Shown here: positions 57,418-64,000 of the stretch, piece by piece
How the letters are laid out: each line of letters starts with the position of its first letter
Numbering within the stretch: the first letter of the stretch is position 1
NCBI GenBank assembly: GCA_017962615.1
Contig: JAGCUZ010000067.1
Span: 1,017 to 65,016 of the forward strand
Direction of reading: 5' to 3'
Length of the DNA stretch: 64,000 nt
Source of the DNA: Bacteroidales bacterium
Lineage (GTDB): Bacteria; Bacteroidota; Bacteroidia; Bacteroidales; P3
The notes under the pieces: model-generated
Seen by the model: only the letters and a program-made list of their open reading frames with translations
What the model was told of the DNA's origin: nothing
Database searches by the model: none
Program-made: the position numbers and the translations under genes

Positions 57418-58260
57418 ATGCAGGAGAAGATATACCCGACCCCCAACGGGCCGATACACTATTGGATAGGCGGAACGGCTACCGGCGGCGACCCGCTGTC
57501 GGCGCCTGAGCTTATCTTCCTGCCTGGCTTGACGGCCGACCATAGGCTGTTCGACAGGCAGGTGGAGTATTTCGAGCCTAAGTGCCGTCTGTTTGTCTGG
57601 GACGCCCCGGGGCATGCGGCCTCCTATCCGTTCGCATTCTCGTTCACGCTGAAAGACAAGGCGCGGTGGCTCGACGAGATACTTCGGCTCGAAGGCTACG
57701 GCCGCCCCGTCATAGTAGGGCAGTCGATGGGTGGCTACCTGGGGCAGATGTATGCGCAGCTGTTTCCCGACAAGCTGTGCGGTTTTGTCTCCATCGACTC
57801 GGCGCCGCTCCGGCGCGAGTATTACACGGCCTTTGAGCTCTGGCTCCTCAAGCGCATGGAACCCGTTTACCGTCATTATCCTTGGAAGACGCTGCTGCGG
57901 CAAGGCTCCACCGGTGTGGCCACGTCGGAGTACGGCAGGGCGTTGATGCGCAGCATGATGATGACCTACGACGACGACCAGCGCAGGTACGCCGCACTTG
58001 CCGGGCATGGCTATCGCATGCTCGCCGACGCCGTAGAAGCCCGGCTGCCCTACGAGATGAGCCGTCACATGTCGCTGCTGATATGCGGAACGAACGACCG
58101 TGCCGGTTCCTGCATACGCTACAACAAAGCCTGGCACCGCAAGAGCGGTATACCCATACACTGGATTAAAGGTGCCGGCCACAACTCCAACACCGACGCC
58201 CCCGACGAGGTCAACCAAATCATCGACCGCTTTGTGGCATCATGCATTCAACACCGTTAA
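57418..58260 (+). CDS. Alpha/beta hydrolase
   Basis: 280-aa ORF with the GQSMGG nucleophile elbow and FLPGLTADHRLF. Confidence 0.8.
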   Translation: MQEKIYPTPNGPIHYWIGGTATGGDPLSAPELIFLPGLTADHRLFDRQVEYFEPKCRLFVWDAPGHAASYPFAFSFTLKDKARWLDEILRLEGYGRPVIVGQSMGGYLGQMYAQLFPDKLCGFVSIDSAPLRREYYTAFELWLLKRMEPVYRHYPWKTLLRQGSTGVATSEYGRALMRSMMMTYDDDQRRYAALAGHGYRMLADAVEARLPYEMSRHMSLLICGTNDRAGSCIRYNKAWHRKSGIPIHWIKGAGHNSNTDAPDEVNQIIDRFVASCIQHR

Positions 58261-58270
58261 GTAAAGCCTT

Positions 58271-58510
58271 ATGACTATCGATACCTCCAATATGTGCTCG
58301 CACCTGCAGCGTAAGCTGTTCGAGGCCGACGGCGAGTACCACCGCCTTTGGACGGCAATGCAGTCCGACGCCGAGCTTACCGCCGTGGTGCGCTCGCGCC
58401 AGCTCCACATCTACCGTAACGGCAAGAAAGTGCTGGCCCTGGCCGGCAAGTCCGCCCCAAAGGTCATCCGTGAAGACCGCCTCTGCGATATGTTGCAGGA
58501 AAACAAATAA
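58271..58510 (+). CDS. Hypothetical protein (79 aa)
   Basis: ATG ORF 10 nt after the previous stop with coding-like composition. No recognisable motif. Confidence 0.35.
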   Translation: MTIDTSNMCSHLQRKLFEADGEYHRLWTAMQSDAELTAVVRSRQLHIYRNGKKVLALAGKSAPKVIREDRLCDMLQENK

Positions 58511-58777
58511 CCGCGGTAATCTTTGCCGTGCGGGCAATAAATCATGGTTATTGGCGTTACCATAGTGTACGAAAAAGAATAATAATGATAATTGTTGTTA
58601 ATAATGACAAAGTGGAACATGCCGCGTGGATGCCGGAAGGCGATATGCCTGCCATGCAAAACGAGGCAGTGACGTTCCACGAGGTGCTGAGGGCACCGTG
58701 ACACCGTGGCTTTTACGGGTGTTAATGGGGCTGGCTGTCGCTGGCTTCTCGTCTTCATTATTAACAATCAACATTCA

Positions 58778-61183
58778 ATGCTGAAAAGATTTATATTGGC
58801 GATGCTCGCAATGAGTATGGCCGGTGCTATGACGGCACAAACTACATTTATACTGCAGGGCACACTCGCTGACAGCAAGGGACAGCCGTTGCCGTTTACC
58901 AATTGTGTTCTTTTGCAACACGACAGCACGTTTGCCTATGGCACAACGAGCGACCTCGACGGCGTGTTCTCGCTGGCGGGTGTCAAGCTGGGCGAATATA
59001 TCTTAAGGATAACCGCCGTGGGGCACGACACTTGGTGGCAGGACCTCGGCATCACAAAAGACACAAACCTTGGCGTCATCGAGATTGCCTCGAGCGCCAC
59101 GCTGCTCCACGAGGTGAAAATCACCGCCAGCCGTCCGCTCTACAGCGCCGATGGCGAGAAGGTATTCTACAACGTCAGCGACGACCCCAGCGTGCAGAGC
59201 GGCAACGCCACCGACGCCTTGCAGAACGCTCCGGGCGTGGAGGTCGACGCAGAGGGCAACATAAAGTACCGCGGCGGCGCCGAGGTGACCATCTGGATCA
59301 ACGACAAGCCGTCGCACCTCAAGGCCGAAGGGCTGAAACAGTACCTCAAATCGCTGCCTGCCGGCACGCTGCAGCGCATCGAGGTTATCGCCCATCCCTC
59401 GGCGAAGTATCACACGAACAACTGCGTCGTCAACATCGTCACTACCGCCAAGGTGAAGCGCAACGAGCTGCTGTGCCTGGACCTGAACGCCAACAGCCGT
59501 CCGCAGGCGGGGCCGTGGGTTGACTATGTGTGGGCCAACGAGAAGGTGCGCCTCAACCTCTTCCTTAGCGGCGACTACGACCGCTACAGCGGCGATGCCA
59601 GCAGCGACAGCCGCCTGCTGGCTCCCGACAGCTCGCTCTCGTCGGTTGTCTCGACCAAAGGCCACAGCCGCAACCGCACCATGGGCGGCAACTTCGGCGT
59701 AGACTTCGACTATTACCTCGACACCAACACCACGCTCAACTTCTGGCTTTGGACCACCGCCTCGCACGACAGCACTGCCACCGACGGCCGCACCGAGCGC
59801 ACGGAGTTCATCAGCAACCCCGGCCGCTATTTCTATAACGAGACTCGGCATAGCGCCGACGCTATGATGGATGCGGCATTCGGCGTGATGATGGAGAAGA
59901 AACTCGACACCCTTGGCGGGATGCTCTTTCTCGACTACACGGGCACCCTTACGCGCAGCCGCTCTTTCAGCAGCGACCTGCGACGGCACGACAGCCTCGC
60001 GCTGCTCGATTTCGACCGACGCCTCATCAGCCGCAACCCCTCGCAGTGGCACGGCATCACCGCCGACATAGCGCTGCCCTACAGCCGCCACGGCGAGGTG
60101 GACTTAGGCATCATGGCCAGCCTTGCGCCTGAGCGGAAGGAGGTCGACGCTACCGATGGCGGCGTCATCGACTCGTTACGCAGCTATGCTTATACCAACG
60201 GTACCTGCGAGCTTTCGGCCTACCTCGGCGCACAGCACCATTTCGGCAATCTGACGCTCGCCGCCTCCGTGAGTTTCGACAACGCGTGGTATAACCTTCA
60301 GTACCTCGATGCCGACAGCGGCGACGTGCGCAAGCACTATTTCACCGTCAGCCCAGATTTCCACGCCAGCTACAGCACCGAGTCGATGCACAACTTCACC
60401 TTCAGCTATACCCACTACGTTGCACCGCCCACAGCCACGCAGCTTACGTGCTTCACCGTCTACGGCTACGACGGCTACTCGACCGGCAACCCCGCCCTGC
60501 GCAAAGGCTACGCCGACAATCTCGAGCTTGGCTGGGAGCGCTACTTCGACCACCTCGGCAGCATCGGCCTCAGTGCATGGTACAAATCCGACCGCGACCG
60601 CATCGGCACCCTCACCGACGTGGCCTACTGCGACCGTTTCGGGCGCATCGTGGCCTTCAGTCAGAGCGCCAACATCGGCACAGCACGCAGCGGTGGATTG
60701 AGCCTCAACACAACCCTGCGCCCGCTCGACTTCATGAATATAAGGTTCTACGCCAACCTCTTCGACGACTACTATCGTGTGCAGTACCGACCCGGGATGT
60801 GGAAAGAGGACGAGATGCTGTGCTACTCTCTGCGGATTAACTGCTGGACGAAGCTTTGGGACAAGTTGCAGCTCTTCGCCAACGCCGTCTATCGCAGCCG
60901 CACCCAGACGCCACTGTTCGAGGTCGACCCATATTTCACCTTCGACTGCGGCCTCAGCACCGACCTCTTCGACCGTCGCCTGTCGCTCTTCCTCAACGTC
61001 AACGATGTGTTCAACACCGTCCGCACCGGCGGCAGCAGCGTCAATCCCTACAATCCCTCCGTCAGCGAATCCACCACCGAAAGCCGCTACGTCAGCTTCG
61101 GCCTCACCTGGCGCCTCGGCCGCACCGAGATGGAAACCCGGCAAACCCACGGCAAGAAGGAGCCGCGCAAAAAAGGCAAGTAA
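58778..61183 (+). CDS. Outer-membrane beta-barrel protein with an N-terminal CarboxypepD_reg-like domain (TonB-dependent-receptor-like)
   Basis: Start chosen at MLKRFILAMLAMSMAGAMTAQ (signal peptide). It has a CarbopepD_reg-like segment (GTLADSKGQPLPFTNCVLL...DLDGVFSL) and a plug-like motif (DALQNAPGVEVDAEGNIKYRGG). Beta-barrel strands follow, ending in ...RYVSFGLTWRLG. Confidence 0.8.
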   Translation: MLKRFILAMLAMSMAGAMTAQTTFILQGTLADSKGQPLPFTNCVLLQHDSTFAYGTTSDLDGVFSLAGVKLGEYILRITAVGHDTWWQDLGITKDTNLGVIEIASSATLLHEVKITASRPLYSADGEKVFYNVSDDPSVQSGNATDALQNAPGVEVDAEGNIKYRGGAEVTIWINDKPSHLKAEGLKQYLKSLPAGTLQRIEVIAHPSAKYHTNNCVVNIVTTAKVKRNELLCLDLNANSRPQAGPWVDYVWANEKVRLNLFLSGDYDRYSGDASSDSRLLAPDSSLSSVVSTKGHSRNRTMGGNFGVDFDYYLDTNTTLNFWLWTTASHDSTATDGRTERTEFISNPGRYFYNETRHSADAMMDAAFGVMMEKKLDTLGGMLFLDYTGTLTRSRSFSSDLRRHDSLALLDFDRRLISRNPSQWHGITADIALPYSRHGEVDLGIMASLAPERKEVDATDGGVIDSLRSYAYTNGTCELSAYLGAQHHFGNLTLAASVSFDNAWYNLQYLDADSGDVRKHYFTVSPDFHASYSTESMHNFTFSYTHYVAPPTATQLTCFTVYGYDGYSTGNPALRKGYADNLELGWERYFDHLGSIGLSAWYKSDRDRIGTLTDVAYCDRFGRIVAFSQSANIGTARSGGLSLNTTLRPLDFMNIRFYANLFDDYYRVQYRPGMWKEDEMLCYSLRINCWTKLWDKLQLFANAVYRSRTQTPLFEVDPYFTFDCGLSTDLFDRRLSLFLNVNDVFNTVRTGGSSVNPYNPSVSESTTESRYVSFGLTWRLGRTEMETRQTHGKKEPRKKGK

Positions 61184-61264
61184 AAACAGCAGAGGTTGCT
61201 CGATTGGACCTCGGCGATGGATAAGTTACGATGAAGATTTATTTGGCTATGTCATATATTATTC

Positions 61265-61272
61265 GTATCTTT
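61265..61272 (+). promoter_or_regulatory. Bacteroidota-type -7 promoter box
   Basis: TATCTTTG lies 27 nt upstream of the TetR-like ATG. Confidence 0.4.
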
Positions 61273-61298
61273 GCAGTTGGATTTGAACGTCGATCATT

Positions 61299-61817
61299 AT
61301 GACTAAAAACGATATTACATCTGAGTTTCTGAAGGACTGCATGGCCGCTGCGGTGATGCGATTACTGGAGCAGTGGCCGCTCGACAAGATACAGGTGAAG
61401 CAGATTTGCGACACCAGCGGCTACCACCGCGCATCGTGGTTCCGCGCCTTCCGCTCGAAGAGCGAGGCTGCCACCTACCACATGGTGCGCCTGTGGCAGC
61501 TCTACTGTGAGCGGCATGGCTTGGAGGGGTACAACGACTGGGTTATCGACAATGCCGAGGCGTGGTTCCAATACAACTACGAGATTCGTGATACCCTGCG
61601 GCTGCTTTACCGCCGCGGGCTGATGAAGGAATTGTCCGACTCGTTCACCGCCACGTTGCACGACCACCACATCGCCGACCCCGTCCGCGCCTACCATACG
61701 TCCATGTTTGCCTTCTCGCTCTACGGCATCCTGCGCGAGTGGATAGTCCGCGACTTCGACCAGCCGCCTGCAGCCATGGCCCAAATCCTCCGTGCTGCCA
61801 CCGCTCGCATGGTGTGA
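61299..61817 (+). CDS. TetR/AcrR-family transcriptional regulator (tentative)
   Basis: 172-aa ORF with an N-terminal HTH-like segment (IQVKQICDTSGYHRASWFRAFRSKSE) resembling the TetR_N pattern. Confidence 0.6.
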   Translation: MTKNDITSEFLKDCMAAAVMRLLEQWPLDKIQVKQICDTSGYHRASWFRAFRSKSEAATYHMVRLWQLYCERHGLEGYNDWVIDNAEAWFQYNYEIRDTLRLLYRRGLMKELSDSFTATLHDHHIADPVRAYHTSMFAFSLYGILREWIVRDFDQPPAAMAQILRAATARMV

Positions 61818-61920
61818 TACTTTGACCCCTATCGGTTGCATTTATCTTTACACCCTTTGCCATGTCAGGCAAAGGGTGTATTTTTGCATCCGCATTTCAA
61901 TAACAATAATACGCGACAAT

Positions 61921-62820
61921 ATGAAGATAATCAAGATACTAATACTGCTTATGGCCGGGGCTTTGTGCTTCGCGGCGTGCAACAAGGATGCCGTTAGCGA
62001 CGGCTATCAGGACAAATATATCTATACCTCGCCGTTGGAGACGAAGTATGCCGCCGACGGCAACTACGCTGTGACACACGAGACGCATGATGCCGTTGAG
62101 CCGCGTGTGGGGCAGTATCAGGTATGGTATCCTACTGCAGTCAAGTCGAGCGACCACCGCTGGCCTGCGGTGGTGGTGGCCAACGGTTCGGGCGTGAACG
62201 CCTCGCGCTACGAGCCGGTCTTCCGCCATCTGGCCTCGTGGGGCTTCATAGTGGTGGGTAATGAGGACCCCAGCACTTGGGACGGCCTGACAACCATTCT
62301 GTCGCTGCAGCATCTGCTCGACCTCGACGGCGATGCAACCAGTCCGCTCTACGGTAAGCTGGATACCACAGCCATTGGCTTGGCTGGGCATTCGCAGGGC
62401 GGCGTATCGGTGTTCAACGCCGCCACGATGTACGACCTCTCGCACCTCTTCCGCGCAATCGTACCACAAAGTTGCACCACACCGGCACTTTCCGACAGCC
62501 TGAACTGGCCCTACGTGGCTTCGCAGGTCAATGTGCCGACGCTCCTGATGGCCGGTACTGGCAAGTCTGACGCCGATCTTATCTGCACGTTGGAATCAAT
62601 GTGTCAGAACTACGACAGCATCAGCGGTCAGCCCGTGATGATGGGCCGCCTCATCGACATTGAGCACGGCGACGTGCTTCCGCGTGGCGAGGCCTACACC
62701 ATGGCCTGGATGCTCTACTGGCTATGCAATGACCAAGAGGCCGCACGCTGCTTTGTAGGCAACGATGCCGAGATGCTCCACAACAGCCAGTGGCAGGATG
62801 TCAAACACAAAAATATTTAA
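61921..62820 (+). CDS. Alpha/beta hydrolase lipoprotein (dienelactone hydrolase/chlorophyllase-like)
   Basis: Start chosen at MKIIKILILLMAGALCFAAC, which has a lipobox. The GHSQGG nucleophile elbow is present. Confidence 0.75.
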   Translation: MKIIKILILLMAGALCFAACNKDAVSDGYQDKYIYTSPLETKYAADGNYAVTHETHDAVEPRVGQYQVWYPTAVKSSDHRWPAVVVANGSGVNASRYEPVFRHLASWGFIVVGNEDPSTWDGLTTILSLQHLLDLDGDATSPLYGKLDTTAIGLAGHSQGGVSVFNAATMYDLSHLFRAIVPQSCTTPALSDSLNWPYVASQVNVPTLLMAGTGKSDADLICTLESMCQNYDSISGQPVMMGRLIDIEHGDVLPRGEAYTMAWMLYWLCNDQEAARCFVGNDAEMLHNSQWQDVKHKNI

Positions 62821-62823
62821 ACC

Positions 62824-63420
62824 ATGAAGAAGACTATCGTTATTGCAGCCTTGCTGCTCGGAATAGCCTGCTGCGCGCAGGCACAGGTGTTTGTCGGTAT
62901 CAACGGCAGCGGCAACATCGAAGCTACCTCCGACGGCGGCGGACTCGGCATCGGTGTGGGTGCTGACTGCGGATTCCTAATCTCCTCTATTGGAACATGG
63001 GGTCTTTCGGCCAGTCGCAGCCTCACCATCGGTACCGCAAGCCACACAAGCACCACCTTCGGCGTGTTGCATCTGCCCCGCGAGTGGCGCGACCGTACCG
63101 CCTTCATCTGGGGCGCAGGCTTGGACATCCGTTCCGCCGTCGACGCCACCCACAACCGTACGATAGAGGACAACGGTACACTGCGTCAGGAAATCGGCTA
63201 CCGCGACCACCAGGGTTATGGCCTGATGCTCCGTGCCGGAGTCTCTTTTAAGTGGCACCTCTACCTCACAGGCAGCGTGGCTATCGGCGGCTTCACCGCC
63301 GACAAGGATATCTATTCCATGCATCACACCCCCGCCGGCATCCACTACGACGGCTACTCCACCGCCCCCGAGGACCACACATACCTCACCCTCGGACTGA
63401 ACATTGGATTCAGATTCTAA
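62824..63420 (+). CDS. Small outer-membrane beta-barrel protein
   Basis: Signal peptide MKKTIVIAALLLGIACCAQAQ, alternating beta-strand pattern and terminal ...GLNIGFRF (C-terminal Phe). Confidence 0.55.
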   Translation: MKKTIVIAALLLGIACCAQAQVFVGINGSGNIEATSDGGGLGIGVGADCGFLISSIGTWGLSASRSLTIGTASHTSTTFGVLHLPREWRDRTAFIWGAGLDIRSAVDATHNRTIEDNGTLRQEIGYRDHQGYGLMLRAGVSFKWHLYLTGSVAIGGFTADKDIYSMHHTPAGIHYDGYSTAPEDHTYLTLGLNIGFRF

Positions 63421-63477
63421 CATGAAAACGAAGGGAAGTTCCAACAATAAAAAGGCAGATAAGACGTTAATATCGGC

Positions 63478-64000
63478 GTGAAGAAAATACTGATTGTTAT
63501 ACTTGTTGCAGTGCTTCCCCTGTTGGCGAGTGCGCAGAGTGCCAAACGCTTCTGGAGCGACGGCCCGCTCACTGCCGCCGATTTTCCACAAGCCGATACA
63601 GCAAGTAGGATGGCGTGGTATATGGGCTACACCAAAGTCACCGAGAAAAGCGACGGCATATACTACACCTACTATAAGGCCCTTACCTACATGCTGCCAT
63701 ATAGCTCCGCGCTGGCCGGCGAGGCCGACCTGCCGAGGATGCAGATGCTCTTCGACCGCCTGGAACTGCACCGCCGCGAATTGCAGCAGCAGCTCAACGA
63801 AGCCGAGAGCAATGACGAGTTCAACGACATCCTTGCCGCTGCCCGCAGCCGAATGACCTGCGACGAGAAACACATCAGCAGCATCGACATCGGACAAGCA
63901 CCCTCAGCGTCACCTATACCCATCTTTACTGACCGTACCTTCCGCTTTGGGGTGGCTGTCGGCACTCCTCTGACGGTGCCGACAGGCGACCTCGCCAAGA
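63478..64000 (+). CDS. Hypothetical secreted protein, 3'-truncated by the window edge
   Basis: From GTG 63478 the frame is open to the window end. It starts with the signal-peptide-like (V)KKILIVILVAVLPLLASAQS. It is absent from the ORF track, probably because it has no stop codon. Confidence 0.5.
   Translation, partial: MKKILIVILVAVLPLLASAQSAKRFWSDGPLTAADFPQADTASRMAWYMGYTKVTEKSDGIYYTYYKALTYMLPYSSALAGEADLPRMQMLFDRLELHRRELQQQLNEAESNDEFNDILAAARSRMTCDEKHISSIDIGQAPSASPIPIFTDRTFRFGVAVGTPLTVPTGDLAK

Noticed and set aside
58540-58777. Cobalamin or TPP riboswitch upstream of the TonB-dependent-receptor-like barrel gene.
   Set aside because: I could not find a B12 box (GCCACTG core / AGYCMGGAGACCKGCC-like) or a thi-box (CTGAGA...ACCTGATCTGGATAATGCCAGCG-like). 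Only generic helices are present, so I kept it as an unclassified candidate.

Overview
The window looks like a Bacteroidota (Bacteroidales-like) chromosome. Coding regions look roughly 55-60% GC by eye. The phylum call rests on T9SS C-terminal sorting domains, gldH, TAnnTTTG-type promoter boxes and lipoprotein-rich gene content. No database search or folding program was run, so every family name comes from motifs read in the supplied translations.

- **1-11.4 kb:** the conserved nusG-rplK-rplA-rplJ-rplL-rpoB-rpoC cluster plus a small DUF3467-like gene.
- **11.5-41.9 kb (accessory region):**
  - a small T9SS cargo gene;
  - an AlbA_2/HATPase_c_4-type putative regulator, lower in GC and bracketed by G-rich degenerate repeat arrays;
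  - a roughly 0.9-1.0 kb repeat-laden leader, with a 253-bp tandem duplication carrying a three-hairpin module, A-rich T-poor tracts, an unusual AGGAGG box and a 33-bp x3 repeat across the start region;
  - one uninterrupted 23,388-nt ORF (7,795 aa) for a giant T9SS-sorted surface protein;
  - a 64-aa ORF;
  - a 783-aa lipoprotein that shares a GLUG-like module with the giant protein.
- **42-64 kb (mostly housekeeping or ordinary genes):** tsaC, tRNA-Ser(GGA), a BadF-type sugar kinase, pyrD/pyrK, recR, a GH3 hexosaminidase, holB, a PSP1 protein with an R/D/N/G repeat tail, gldH, an M16 peptidase, hydrolases, flavodoxins, outer-membrane barrels and a TetR regulator.

Several intergenic repeat families recur across the window:
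- a module with a 49-bp palindrome, present in inverted orientation at 12.5 and 47.6 kb;
- the three-hairpin module at 15.2, 15.5 and 46.2 kb;
- a stop-codon-anchored repeat of about 118-138 bp, with 9-bp ATCTATCNN iterons and ATCAACAT repeats, at 39.16 and 49.20 kb.

The best candidate for something new is the giant-protein locus with its unusual leader and its partner genes.
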